Positions 1-10,163 are shown, numbered from the stretch's first letter. The stretch is DNA of 64,000 nt from an uncultured Bacilli bacterium (GCA_944359725.1 CALVSY010000006.1:1876-65875), one strand, 5' to 3'. The notes: a model not told the origin generated them from the sequence alone. Numbers and translations: made by a program.

Positions 1-68
1 ATTATTATTAAACCATTTTTATTAGTATTATTATATGCTTCTCTTACAATTGATAGTATCTTCACCAT
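1..68 (-). CDS. Partial small protein (MVKILSIVREAYNNTNKNGLII...), runs off the window edge
   Basis: ATG at 68-66 after a GAGGTGA SD; N-terminus resembles the 172-309 peptide. Confidence 0.45.
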   Translation of the reverse strand, partial: MVKILSIVREAYNNTNKNGLII

Positions 69-171
69 TATCACCTCACCATTGCCTTATTAATTAAACA
101 TTATATCACTTATTAAATATATATAAAAGTTAGAATTTTCTAGTATAAAAAATAAAAATACTTTTTGTATT

Positions 172-309
172 TTATTCGTTTTTGTTTTTACTTATAGTAT
201 AAATTATTAAAAATACTATTACAGCTATCATTAAGATTATCAAAATGCCAAAGTTTTGACTACTTAAAATAGCCTTCCTAACTATCGATAAAACATCAAT
301 TTGCCACAT
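172..309 (-). CDS. 45-aa small membrane protein (MWQIDVLSIVRKAILSSQNFGILIILMIAVIVFLIIYTISKNKNE)
   Basis: Translated by hand; AGGAGTGA SD; one hydrophobic helix followed by a basic tail. Confidence 0.55.
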   Translation of the reverse strand: MWQIDVLSIVRKAILSSQNFGILIILMIAVIVFLIIYTISKNKNE

Positions 310-486
310 TATATAATCACTCCTATCCTATGTTGTTTTTAAAAGCGGCTTTTTCATTATATCAATGTTTTTATAATAGACAAATAGTAAATTAATAATT
401 ATATATTTTTTAATAATTTGCATGTAAAAGAGTGTAAAAAGCTTTATATTAAACTTTAATTAATATATAATTATATAGGTGATTAT

Positions 487-1005
487 ATGAAAATACTTAT
501 CTTATCAGATATACATGGTAATTATGAAGATTTAAAAAAAGTAATTAAAGAAAATAGTTTTGATAAACTAATAGTTCTTGGAGATTTATTTAATTATGGC
601 TTTTATTCTAGTGATTTAAAAGATAATAATATTATTAACTTGTTACAAACATATAAAGATAAATTAATTTTAATAAAAGGAAATTGTGATTATTATATAA
701 ATTATGATGAGTTAGGATTATTTGCACATGACGTAATTACAATTCCATTAAATAATCATAACATAACGCTTACTCATGGCAATAAATACTCTAAAGGATT
801 TTTACCAGAATATCATGGTGACATATTTATGCAAGGTCATACGCACGTTACAATGCTTCTAAAAGAAAATGACATAATATATGTAAATCCCGGAAGCATT
901 GGTAAACCAAGAGGTGGATCAAATAAATCATACGCTATATTTGATAATGATAAGATTACAATTAAAACAATAGATAATGACATAATAAAAGAAATGAAAG
1001 TTTAG
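487..1005 (+). CDS. YfcE/MJ0936-family metallophosphoesterase
   Basis: SDIHGN, LGDL, KGNCD, THG, GHTH and NPGS motifs. Confidence 0.9.
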   Translation: MKILILSDIHGNYEDLKKVIKENSFDKLIVLGDLFNYGFYSSDLKDNNIINLLQTYKDKLILIKGNCDYYINYDELGLFAHDVITIPLNNHNITLTHGNKYSKGFLPEYHGDIFMQGHTHVTMLLKENDIIYVNPGSIGKPRGGSNKSYAIFDNDKITIKTIDNDIIKEMKV

Positions 1006-1019
1006 TTTTTCATTTCTTT

Positions 1020-1367
1020 TCATTTTAATTTATATACTTTTATTATTTTCATGTCTTTTACATCATCAAAAGTATTCTTATCATATAATACGTTATCAAT
1101 CGCGCACATCATATGATACCAATCATTAATGTGAGCAAAAACTATGTTAATGCCTTTTAAATTAATATCCTTTAATAGTTTGTCTTTAAAACCGTTATCC
1201 AATATAAAATCATTTTTAAATAAATAATTTTCAAATACAGACACATCATTATAATTTATACCTAACTCTTTTTTAATAAGATTATAATCTTTATTTAAAG
1301 CTTTAGAAATGCTTCTTATTACGCATGTACCTTTTTCATCTACTGGATTATAATATATAACTTTCAT
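1020..1367 (-). CDS. Hypothetical protein, possible Cys-His papain-like fold
   Basis: TCVIRSIS ... HMMCAIDNVLYD pattern. Confidence 0.55.
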   Translation of the reverse strand: MKVIYYNPVDEKGTCVIRSISKALNKDYNLIKKELGINYNDVSVFENYLFKNDFILDNGFKDKLLKDINLKGINIVFAHINDWYHMMCAIDNVLYDKNTFDDVKDMKIIKVYKLK

Positions 1368-1371
1368 ATCA

Positions 1372-1953
1372 TTATTCCTTTACAATTATTTTGTCTTGAT
1401 ATTCTTTTTTACTTTCTAATGATTCTTCTACATTAATCCAGTATCTACCAAGCGAAACATCATTATCGTTTTCCTTTATCTTATTTTCTAAAACACCATC
1501 AAATGCTAATATCGTTTTAACAGACCCTTTATTATCATCATACGCAGTAAGTAAAACTTTTTTAATGCCTAAGTTTTTACACTTTATTAAACCCAAATAT
1601 AAATTTATTTTGTTATAACCCTTCATTCTTTCTTTTGGTCTTATTCCATACCCTATATGTCCTCCATGAATTAATAAAGCATCATTTAACTTATGCCTAA
1701 TATTAATCATACCTACTATCTTATCATCATTTTCTCTAATAAGAAAATATGTGCTAGAAGGAACGAAATTATCGATTCCTTTTTTCATTTCTTCCAGGTA
1801 TGATAACCATTCTTCATATGTTTTTTCTTTTATGTAAAAATCTAACTTTCCAGTTCCATTAATGTTGGAACCACAATCCATATGTTCTTCAATATATTCT
1901 ATTGCATCAATTTTCCTTTTTATACTAGGTTTTTCTAAATAAAACTTTTCCAT
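1372..1953 (-). CDS. GNAT N-acetyltransferase
   Basis: GGHIGYGIRPKERMKGY and NKGSVKTI...GVLE motifs. Confidence 0.9.
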   Translation of the reverse strand: MEKFYLEKPSIKRKIDAIEYIEEHMDCGSNINGTGKLDFYIKEKTYEEWLSYLEEMKKGIDNFVPSSTYFLIRENDDKIVGMINIRHKLNDALLIHGGHIGYGIRPKERMKGYNKINLYLGLIKCKNLGIKKVLLTAYDDNKGSVKTILAFDGVLENKIKENDNDVSLGRYWINVEESLESKKEYQDKIIVKE

Positions 1954-1958
1954 TTACA

Positions 1959-2510
1959 TCACCTTCTTCTATAATCATCTTCTAATATTTCCATTAGGAT
2001 AATATCGTGGTACTTACCATCTAAGAAGTATGCCTCATGCCTTGTTCCATATTCTTTAAAACCTACTTTTTTATAACAATTAATCGCTCTTTTATTAAAT
2101 GAAAATACTTCTAAGTTAACGTTATGCATGTTTTGAAAATTAAAAGCATAATTTAAAAGCAAATTTAAAGCATCCTCACCATATCCTTTTGATCTTTTAA
2201 TTTCTTCTCCAATAAAAATACCAATTGTTGCACTTCTATATATTCTATCTATATTCATTAAAGAGCAATTACCAAGAAGTTCATCAGTTTCTTTTTCTAC
2301 GATTGCAAAATTAACGTCACCTTTTTTACCGGCATTTAAAATCCATTCTCTTTCTTGTTCTACGCTTGTAATTCCAACCGTATTACCTAAGTTATCAGTA
2401 ACACTTCTATCAGATAACCATTTAACGTATTTTTCAGCATCATCCGTATGCATAACAGATAAATAAACTTTTTCTCCAACAAACTTTTTTACGTATTCCA
2501 CTATAATCAC
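1959..2510 (-). CDS. RimJ/RimL-family GNAT acetyltransferase
   Basis: KRSKGYGEDAL and FNKRAINCYKKVGFKEYG motifs. Confidence 0.9.
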   Translation of the reverse strand: MIIVEYVKKFVGEKVYLSVMHTDDAEKYVKWLSDRSVTDNLGNTVGITSVEQEREWILNAGKKGDVNFAIVEKETDELLGNCSLMNIDRIYRSATIGIFIGEEIKRSKGYGEDALNLLLNYAFNFQNMHNVNLEVFSFNKRAINCYKKVGFKEYGTRHEAYFLDGKYHDIILMEILEDDYRRR

Positions 2511-2515
2511 TTCCT

Positions 2516-3220
2516 TTACTTAACTTTACTTTTTCCTAAATAATATTCTTTCATTTCATTTACTATTTCATCACCCAATTCTTTAGATAATTCTTTATTT
2601 TCTAATATCGTTAATAACCCATCGTAACCTCTTGTTTGGATTAAGTATTTTACAACTAAATAAGATATTACATACCCATTATAATCATCATTCACGAACT
2701 TTTTACCATGCCTTAACTCATTTAAATTAGGAATGTTTTTAAAAGATTTAAACCTATTTAAAAAATTATCAAAATCATCATCACTAAATTCTCCAGATAA
2801 GTTTTGTGCAAGACCTTCATCTAACCAAATTATACGTTTATTTATATCATTTTTCAATATTTTTTCCAAATAGATTATATGTGCCAATTCATGAAAAATC
2901 ATATGACTTTTTCTTTTATAAAATGGGCTATCCTTTTTAATATCAGATTTAAAATAAGCATTAATCATACCTTTATCAAAAGTTCCGGTTGCATACTTAG
3001 GCAATTCATCAACACTAACGCCTCTAATATTTGCAACAAAACTTTTAAACTCATCAGAATCATCAAATAAATTTACCGTTACACATCTAAAACTATCAAT
3101 TTTAAAGAAGTCATATATCTCTTTAGTTTTATATAAAGATATTTCAAGCATGTCTTTTACAATATCAACTAAAGAATCAGAAAAGTTGATAGTAAAATAC
3201 TTGTTTTTTAACTTCTTCAT
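2516..3220 (-). CDS. Peptidase MA-like zinc metalloprotein
   Basis: HELAH (HExxH) followed by WLDEGLA. Confidence 0.75.
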   Translation of the reverse strand: MKKLKNKYFTINFSDSLVDIVKDMLEISLYKTKEIYDFFKIDSFRCVTVNLFDDSDEFKSFVANIRGVSVDELPKYATGTFDKGMINAYFKSDIKKDSPFYKRKSHMIFHELAHIIYLEKILKNDINKRIIWLDEGLAQNLSGEFSDDDFDNFLNRFKSFKNIPNLNELRHGKKFVNDDYNGYVISYLVVKYLIQTRGYDGLLTILENKELSKELGDEIVNEMKEYYLGKSKVK

Positions 3221-3239
3221 AAAATCACACTTCTTTCAT

Positions 3240-3722
3240 TTATAAATCATAAACATAAACATTCTCTAGATAAACTTTATCTTTTATTGTAAACTTGCTT
3301 TCACCAACTTTTTTACCGCCGATTTTTTTATAAAAAACGTTTGCACTGTTTGCTTTTAAAGTGCTTATTAAAACATGCTTATATTCATTTCTTAATTTAT
3401 TAAAAACATAATTAACTAACTTAGTTCCAATTCCTTTTTGCTTATAATTATTATGAATGTACAGCATATAAATCTCAGCATAGCTATCATCATAACCTTT
3501 TTTATTTATTCCATATTTTACAAAACCAATAACATCGCCATTTAATTCATACACTACATACTTATCAATATCATTGGTACATCTTTTGATACTTTTTTCA
3601 CTTTTAGGATCAAGACCATCTAAATATTCTTTTGGAAAAATATTTTTATACTCTTTTTTCCAATCAATAACATTTATATATACAATCCTTTTAGCATCAC
3701 TTACATTTGCTTTTCTAATCAT
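3240..3722 (-). CDS. GNAT N-acetyltransferase
   Basis: YKQKGIGTKLV and ANVFYKKIGG motifs. Confidence 0.9.
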   Translation of the reverse strand: MIRKANVSDAKRIVYINVIDWKKEYKNIFPKEYLDGLDPKSEKSIKRCTNDIDKYVVYELNGDVIGFVKYGINKKGYDDSYAEIYMLYIHNNYKQKGIGTKLVNYVFNKLRNEYKHVLISTLKANSANVFYKKIGGKKVGESKFTIKDKVYLENVYVYDL

Positions 3723-3735
3723 TTAAATCACCTTC

Positions 3736-4503
3736 TTAAATCTTTCTTGATAATTCTAAAGCAAGCGTCATAACTTCTTTTTTCTTATCTAGTTTTGATA
3801 AACCACTTAAACTTCTTTCATCCCATACGGCTGAATCTAAATTATCTCCCGCATAATAAAACGTAAAGTAATCAATGTCTAAATATTTACAAACCGCTGC
3901 AATTATTGTACCTTCCATTTCAACACATACTGCACCATTATCTTTAAAATACTTTATTTTATCTTTTGTTTCTCTATAAATAGCATCTGTTGTCCAAGTA
4001 TAACCTTCTGTATAATCAAAGTTATATTTTCTTAATATTTCTATAAACTTATCTTTATATTTTGGGTTCATATCAATTAAATAATCATCGTCTATATAAT
4101 GATAACTTGTTCCTTCATCTCTAAAGCCCTTTGTTGGAATTATAATTGAACAGTCTTCTATATTAGAATCTAAAACACCACAGTTACCAAATATTATAAA
4201 CTTATTTACACCTGATGCATGAAGTTCTTCTATGTCTCCTGCAACCCAAGGACCAGACACACCTGCCATGAAAAAGGTTATTTCTTTATCCTTATAATTT
4301 AACTTATAAACTTTTCTTTCCGTGTTAGCTGTTGATAAAACGCCTTTTTCTTCACAAGGAAACTTACTTATAACATCTTCATATAAATGATGAGAAAAAA
4401 CTCCTACTGCTATTTCAGGTAAATCATTTACTCTTTTCTTTTTATCAACACTTTTAATTGGTTTTGCTTTTATAAAACCTTTTTCATTACTATACTTTAT
4501 CAT
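3736..4503 (-). CDS. Nucleoside phosphorylase (PNP/UDP family)
   Basis: RDEGTSYHY, WTTDAIYRET, VEMEG; start moved to the ATG at 4503, which follows a GAAGGTGA SD. Confidence 0.85.
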   Translation of the reverse strand: MIKYSNEKGFIKAKPIKSVDKKKRVNDLPEIAVGVFSHHLYEDVISKFPCEEKGVLSTANTERKVYKLNYKDKEITFFMAGVSGPWVAGDIEELHASGVNKFIIFGNCGVLDSNIEDCSIIIPTKGFRDEGTSYHYIDDDYLIDMNPKYKDKFIEILRKYNFDYTEGYTWTTDAIYRETKDKIKYFKDNGAVCVEMEGTIIAAVCKYLDIDYFTFYYAGDNLDSAVWDERSLSGLSKLDKKKEVMTLALELSRKI

Positions 4504-4539
4504 TTTTATCACCTTCTTTATAACCATTTTTAATAATAT

Positions 4540-4680
4540 AAAAACGGAGTCAAACTAGTAAATAATACTAGTGACTCCGTAATAACTACGTGTAGGCAAT
4601 AACCCTTTGAGGCTAGATATAAATCATACTCAAACTCACTTACTTGCTAATAAAATAACAAATACGATAATTTATGTCAA
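4540..4680 (-). promoter_or_regulatory. sigmaA-type promoter and structured leader with an intrinsic terminator upstream of the phosphorylase/GNAT operon
   Basis: TTGACA(4680-4675)-17 bp-TATTTT; hairpin ACGGAGTCA-CTAGTA..TACTAG-TGACTCCGT plus T-run (4540-4580); possible uORF MIYI at 4627-4613. Confidence 0.6.
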
Positions 4681-4775
4681 GCATTTTTATTAAATAATTT
4701 ATTTATAAAACAAATTACGACATTTTATTATATAAAAATGAATTAGTATATTAGCCTATAAGAAAGGAAACATTT

Positions 4776-5342
4776 ATGTCTTTAAATAAAAACATAATAA
4801 AATATACTAAGAAAGAAGTAATGAATATCTCTTCTAATAAAATAAAAATAGCTAAAAATACAAAGGATATAATGTTATTTGTAAAACAAGAACTAAATAA
4901 AAAAACTAGCAATTCAAAATTATATTTTGGTAAAATAAACGATATTACATCAAATAGAATTAAAATGTTAACAGGATTAGATTTAAGTAATTATAATATA
5001 TCTTTAAAAGGAGATAATGTAAGAAAAATTATAAAAGATCATGGTAATAAAGTTTTGGAAAAACTAAGAGGTCAAGAAGCTATCACGTTAGAAGATTTTA
5101 AACATATTGATGATATTATATTAGAAGCAGATAACATTTATTTATCAGGTAAAACAATAAATAATAAAGATGTAATTACATTTGTAAAAAAATTAAATAA
5201 CAAATATACTTTAGTAGAATTTATATCAACTAAAAGAAAAACTTTGGAGACACAAACAATGTATAAAAAAATAAAAAAGAACTCTGTCACTGCGGAAAAT
5301 ACTACTAATAGCACCTTTCCTAACGTCCGAAACGAACAGTGA
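4776..5342 (+). CDS. PBECR-like (phage Barnase/EndoU/colicin/RelE-like) nuclease domain protein
   Basis: KIIKDHG...E..RGQEAIT.EDF..I.DII..AD, then FVKK...YTLVE...KRKTL..QTMY pattern recognised from memory. Confidence 0.65.
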   Translation: MSLNKNIIKYTKKEVMNISSNKIKIAKNTKDIMLFVKQELNKKTSNSKLYFGKINDITSNRIKMLTGLDLSNYNISLKGDNVRKIIKDHGNKVLEKLRGQEAITLEDFKHIDDIILEADNIYLSGKTINNKDVITFVKKLNNKYTLVEFISTKRKTLETQTMYKKIKKNSVTAENTTNSTFPNVRNEQ

Positions 5343-5355
5343 TACGAGTTCCTTG
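5273..5355 (-). ncRNA. Candidate structured antisense RNA overlapping the 3' end of the PBECR-like gene
   Basis: TTGACA(5390-5385)-17 bp-TGnTATATT promoter; three-stem fold closed by GAACUC/GAGUUC and UCACUG/CAGUGA; ends in U6. Confidence 0.6.
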
Positions 5356-5451
5356 TTTGATAATATATCATAATAAAATATAAATGTCAATTAACATATT
5401 ATCATTAATATTATAGTTTTAAAAATAAATATTATAACTAAATGTCGTTAA

Positions 5452-6510
5452 TTAGATTTTTTGATTATTTTTTACTTCTTTTAGTACGTCTTTATAATCA
5501 TCACCTGTTGTATCACTTAATATTCTTAAATAACTTTCATATCTATGAATATTTATAATTCCATTTAAAACACTTTTTTTAACAGCACATTTATTTATTG
5601 GTTCTTTAAAATGAATGCAATCTTTATACTTGCATTTATCATTTAGGTCTTTAAACTCTGAAAAATAATATTTTATCTCCTCTTTTTTTAGCTGCGATAA
5701 ATTAAGACTTCTAATACCTGGAGTATCGATTATAGATGAATTATGATTCCACATATAATACGTACTTTTAGTTGTTGTATGTCTTCCTCTTTTAGTTTTA
5801 CCACCGACACTATTTATTTTTACATTATCATTTCCTGTTATTAAACTTGTTAAAGATGATTTTCCAACACCACTATTACCTACAAATATTGCTTGTTTTT
5901 CTTTTAACATTTCTTTTAATTCACTAATTCCTGTTTTATCATAAGTTGATGTTTCAATAACTTTTATTCCTATATCTTTATATGTTTTAAGTAATTCTTC
6001 TTCTTTTTTTGTTTTTAAATCAGATTTATTTAAAACAATTATATATGGAATTTTACTATTTTCTAAAATCATTATATATCTATCAACAAACCTAGGATGA
6101 AACATAGGCTCTTTAAAAGATGCAACAATAACAGCAAAATCTATATTACATGCAATTATTTTATTTGTAAAAGAATTATCATTTAATTTAGAACCATCTT
6201 TTACCATTCTTGATAATATATTTTTTCTTTTAATAAGATTAGTAATAATATAATTATTATTTTCATTTTTAATTAAAATCTTATCTCCTGGATATATAAC
6301 TTTGTTACATGGATAATTAATTTCATTTTTTAATTTTGCCAATATAACTTTATCCTGGTACAAAACAAATGCATCATTATATCTTACTTCTATAACAACC
6401 CCATAATTACTTGATTTTTCTATAACAAAATCGTTTTTTATTTCTATATGTTTATTCTTATTTTTTCTTTTCTTACGTTTAAAACTTTCATAAGAATTTA
6501 AATGTGGCAT
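5452..6510 (-). CDS. rsgA: Ribosome small subunit-dependent GTPase RsgA
   Basis: Circularly permuted NKSD, GNSGVGKSS, GRHTTT, DTPG; zinc finger CKYKDCIH..EP..C. Confidence 0.92.
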   Translation of the reverse strand: MPHLNSYESFKRKKRKNKNKHIEIKNDFVIEKSSNYGVVIEVRYNDAFVLYQDKVILAKLKNEINYPCNKVIYPGDKILIKNENNNYIITNLIKRKNILSRMVKDGSKLNDNSFTNKIIACNIDFAVIVASFKEPMFHPRFVDRYIMILENSKIPYIIVLNKSDLKTKKEEELLKTYKDIGIKVIETSTYDKTGISELKEMLKEKQAIFVGNSGVGKSSLTSLITGNDNVKINSVGGKTKRGRHTTTKSTYYMWNHNSSIIDTPGIRSLNLSQLKKEEIKYYFSEFKDLNDKCKYKDCIHFKEPINKCAVKKSVLNGIINIHRYESYLRILSDTTGDDYKDVLKEVKNNQKI

Positions 6511-6522
6511 ATAACACTTCCT

Positions 6523-6936
6523 TTATTTGTAATATTTTTCACCCCACCATTTAGGTATTAATTCTTTTAATTTTACCGTTTTAAAATTATCAGTATCAAC
6601 TAAAATTTCTATTTCAGGACTATTTTTTGATAACTGCATCATAAACTCCATACATGCACCACATGGAAGCATAGGCTTTTTATCTTCACCTAAACACACA
6701 ACCTTCTTTATTTCTGTTTCTCCCTCACAAATCATAGATACAATTGCACTACGCTCTGCACATAAACCTAATGAGCATGATGTATCTATACATATTCCTT
6801 GATAAATATTTCCTTTATCAGTTTTTATAGATGCTGCAACACCACCATAACTTATAAATTCATCATCTTTAGATATTGATAATTTCTTTTCAGCTATATC
6901 AATTAATTCTTTCCATTCTTTATTCATATATATCAC
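6523..6936 (-). CDS. cdd: Cytidine deaminase family protein
   Basis: CAERSAI and PCGAC zinc motifs. Confidence 0.8.
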   Translation of the reverse strand: MIYMNKEWKELIDIAEKKLSISKDDEFISYGGVAASIKTDKGNIYQGICIDTSCSLGLCAERSAIVSMICEGETEIKKVVCLGEDKKPMLPCGACMEFMMQLSKNSPEIEILVDTDNFKTVKLKELIPKWWGEKYYK

Positions 6937-6978
6937 CTTCTTTTATTACTATAATTGTACCACAAAAGAAATTCATTT

Positions 6979-8604
6979 TTATAATTTACTTATTTCTTCA
7001 TCTATGATTTTTTTATCATATCTTTCATATAAGGGGTTAATATCGTTTGAAATATCAACTTTATCAATAGACTTATATCCCCAATTACTATTACTAATTC
7101 TTAAATATTCATCAACTTTGTCACACGTAAATGGCAAATATGGTTTTAATAAAGTATTTACATTATAAATTATGTTGCAACAATTAAATAGTACATCATT
7201 ACATTTTTGTTTATTTTCTTTTACTAAAATCCAAGGAGCTTTTTCATCAAAGTACTTATTCGCATAACTTATAAAATCAAATATTTCATTTATACCCTCT
7301 TTTACGTTTGCGTTTTCAATATATTCTCCTACGTTTTTATATAATTCTTTAAGTTTACTTTGTATTTGATCTTCTATTTTTGCTTTAGATAATCTTCCAT
7401 CAAAAGATTTATTAATAAACTTTAGCGTCCTATTAATAAAATTACCCCATTTTCCAAGTAATTCTCCGTTATGAGAATTTATAAAGTCAGTCCATGAAAA
7501 ATTAAAATCTTTTTTTACTGCATCATTTGATAAAAAGAAATACCTAATACTATCAGCAGGATATTTATCTAGTAAATATCTTAGACTTATATAATTACCA
7601 CTGCTTTTTGATAATTTCTTATTTTCAATTGTTAGATAATTATCACTTACTATATAATCTGGAAGTTTATAATTTTCTTTAGTAGCTAAAAGAAGTGATG
7701 GAAAAATAATGGTATGAAATGGAATATTATCTTTTGCATGCACTAAATATATTTTATTGTCATGATTACTTTTCCAAAAATGATTCCAGTCTAAACCAAT
7801 TTCTTCACAATGTTTTTTACAAGCTGTTACATATCCCCAAACATTTTCAAACCAACCATATATTTTTTTATCTTCATATCCTTTTATAGGTACTTCTATA
7901 CCCCAATTTAAACTTCTAGATGCACATCTATCTAAAATACCTTCTTTTAAATATCTTTTTGTAAATGAAACCGAGTTTTGCCTCCATTTATCTTTACTTT
8001 TATTACATAGTTTATTAATGTCCTTTTGAAACTTTGATAATGCAAAATATAAATTATTCGTTTCTTTAAGTGTAGTTTTATTACCGCACAACGCACATTT
8101 AGTATTAATAACCTCATTAATGTTTAATAAACTTCCACATTTTTCACATTCATCTCCTTTAACATCAGCTCCACACTTAGGGCAAACTCCTACAATATAA
8201 CGATCTGCTAAAAATAAATTACAATGCTCACAATATAATTGTTTTTCTTTCTTTTCATATAAATATCCATTATCATAATATTTTTTAAATACGTTTTGCA
8301 CAAACCTTTTATGATATAAATCATCAGTTCTATTATATAAATCAAAACTAATACCTAAATCTTTCCAATCTTTAGAAAAACTTTCATGGCATAAATCAAC
8401 TAATTCCTTTTGTGTTTTCTTCTCCTTTAAAGCTTTAATATCAATCGGTGTGCCATGACAATCCGTTCCCGACACTAGACATACATTTTCTCCTTTCAAC
8501 CTATAATATCTTGCTATCACGTCACCCGGTAAGCTACTTGCAGCATGACCTATGTGCAGCTCTCCATTTGCAAAAGGCCAACTAATTCCAACTAAAACAT
8601 TCAT
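6979..8604 (-). CDS. metG: Methionyl-tRNA synthetase (two-knuckle MetRS2-like, no C-terminal Trbp domain)
   Basis: HIGH, KLSKS, four CxxC knuckles; Met T-box upstream. Confidence 0.95.
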   Translation of the reverse strand: MNVLVGISWPFANGELHIGHAASSLPGDVIARYYRLKGENVCLVSGTDCHGTPIDIKALKEKKTQKELVDLCHESFSKDWKDLGISFDLYNRTDDLYHKRFVQNVFKKYYDNGYLYEKKEKQLYCEHCNLFLADRYIVGVCPKCGADVKGDECEKCGSLLNINEVINTKCALCGNKTTLKETNNLYFALSKFQKDINKLCNKSKDKWRQNSVSFTKRYLKEGILDRCASRSLNWGIEVPIKGYEDKKIYGWFENVWGYVTACKKHCEEIGLDWNHFWKSNHDNKIYLVHAKDNIPFHTIIFPSLLLATKENYKLPDYIVSDNYLTIENKKLSKSSGNYISLRYLLDKYPADSIRYFFLSNDAVKKDFNFSWTDFINSHNGELLGKWGNFINRTLKFINKSFDGRLSKAKIEDQIQSKLKELYKNVGEYIENANVKEGINEIFDFISYANKYFDEKAPWILVKENKQKCNDVLFNCCNIIYNVNTLLKPYLPFTCDKVDEYLRISNSNWGYKSIDKVDISNDINPLYERYDKKIIDEEISKL

Positions 8605-8624
8605 TTAAAACATCTCCTTTCAAA

Positions 8625-8900
8625 TAAAAAACCTCTTAGAACTTTATTTGTTCTAAGAGGTGAATATATCACGTTACCACTCTTTTTTATTAATGCATTA
8701 CTACATTAACCTTACTAACCTACTTATGTCTTAGCATAGTTATAGGTCTGTGCTATAACAGGCACACCTGTAGTAACTTACTTACATTTCAGTTACTCAC
8801 CTTAAGGTCCATGTTCGAAAAATTACTATATCCTCCCTCTCACCTAACGGAGTTCTCTTTAATACTTTAATTTTTCTACTCTTCCTATCAATGGCTTTGT
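8625..8900 (-). promoter_or_regulatory. T-box riboswitch, Met (AUG specifier)
   Basis: AGAGA/GGTGA stem I, GAAC-AUG specifier (8812-8810), T-box AAGAGTGGTAACGTG, terminator ACCTCTTAGAAC..GTTCTAAGAGGT-TTTT; TTGACA-17-TATATT promoter upstream. Confidence 0.9.
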
Positions 8901-8966
8901 GATTGATTAAAAATATATCATGATTTATATTATTTGTCAAATTAAACCTATAATGCCATATTATGA

Positions 8967-10163
8967 TTATTTTATAACTATTTTTACAAATTTTTTCTTT
9001 CCTTTTTGAATTACAAGTTCGTTATTAACAAATTTTTTAAAAGTAATAACGGTATTAACATCATTTACTTTTGTTCCATTTAAGCTAATTCCATTTTGTT
9101 CAATCAATCTTCTCCCTTCTGACTTTGATGGAACAATTTTAGATAACAGTAATAAATCAGGTAATGAAATACCATTATCTATAATAGAACTTTCTATTTT
9201 TATTTCTTCAATATTATCGGGTATACCACCTTTAGCAACTGTTTTATATCTCTCTTCAGCTTGTTTTATAAATTGTTCCCCATGATACATTTTAATTATT
9301 TCTCTAGCATACACTCTATGAGCTTCTACCACATCTTTTTCTGTAATTTTATTCGCTTCTTCTAAATTTATATCTGTAGTAAGTTTAAAATAATTCATCA
9401 ATACATCATCAGGAATTCTCATTGCTTTTTCATACATAATCTCCGGGCTTTCATCAACACCAATATAATTTCCTAATGATTTACTCATTTTTTCTTTTCC
9501 ATCTAAACCCACTAATAATGGAAAACACATAACATCTTGAGGCTCTTGTCCATAATCCCTTTGCAATTCTCTACCAACTAATAAATTAAAGGTTTGATCT
9601 GTTCCACCTATTTCAATATCCGCATGTAATGCGACAGAATCATATCCTTGCATTAATGGATATAAAAATTCATGAATACCTATTGGAATATTGTTTTTAA
9701 ATCTGTTTGCGAAATCATCTCTTTCAAGAATTCTAGCAACCGTATATTTGCCAGTTAAATTAATTACATCTTCAAATGACATTTTTGAAAGCCATTCAGA
9801 ATTATAAGCTATTTTAATTTTACTTGGATCTAAAATTTTTGCAACTTGCTTAAAATACGTTTCTCCATTTTTTCGAGTTTCTTCAAAACTTAATGAGGGT
9901 CTTGTTTTGGATTTTCCAGAAGGATCACCAATCATAGCAGTAAAATCACCAATAACAAAAACTATTTCATGTCCTAATTCTTGTAGAATTTTTAATGCTC
10001 TAAGTGGAACAGTATGTCCCAAATGTAAATCTGGTCTTGATGGATCAGCCCCAAATTTAACAATCAGTTTTTTTCCACTATTTAATTTTTCCATTAATGT
10101 TTCCTTATTATGAACTTCTACAGATCTTCTTAATATTAAATCAATTTGTTCTTCTTTTTCCAT
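8967..10163 (-). CDS. tyrS: Tyrosyl-tRNA synthetase
   Basis: DPSRPDLHLGH, GGTDQ, KMSKS, C-terminal S4 domain. Confidence 0.97.
   Translation of the reverse strand: MEKEEQIDLILRRSVEVHNKETLMEKLNSGKKLIVKFGADPSRPDLHLGHTVPLRALKILQELGHEIVFVIGDFTAMIGDPSGKSKTRPSLSFEETRKNGETYFKQVAKILDPSKIKIAYNSEWLSKMSFEDVINLTGKYTVARILERDDFANRFKNNIPIGIHEFLYPLMQGYDSVALHADIEIGGTDQTFNLLVGRELQRDYGQEPQDVMCFPLLVGLDGKEKMSKSLGNYIGVDESPEIMYEKAMRIPDDVLMNYFKLTTDINLEEANKITEKDVVEAHRVYAREIIKMYHGEQFIKQAEERYKTVAKGGIPDNIEEIKIESSIIDNGISLPDLLLLSKIVPSKSEGRRLIEQNGISLNGTKVNDVNTVITFKKFVNNELVIQKGKKKFVKIVIK

Noticed and set aside
5138-5371. 77-aa minus-strand ORF antisense to the PBECR-like gene as a protein antitoxin
   Set aside because: Its ATG lies within the antisense promoter, it has no SD, and the predicted RNA terminates at about 5273.
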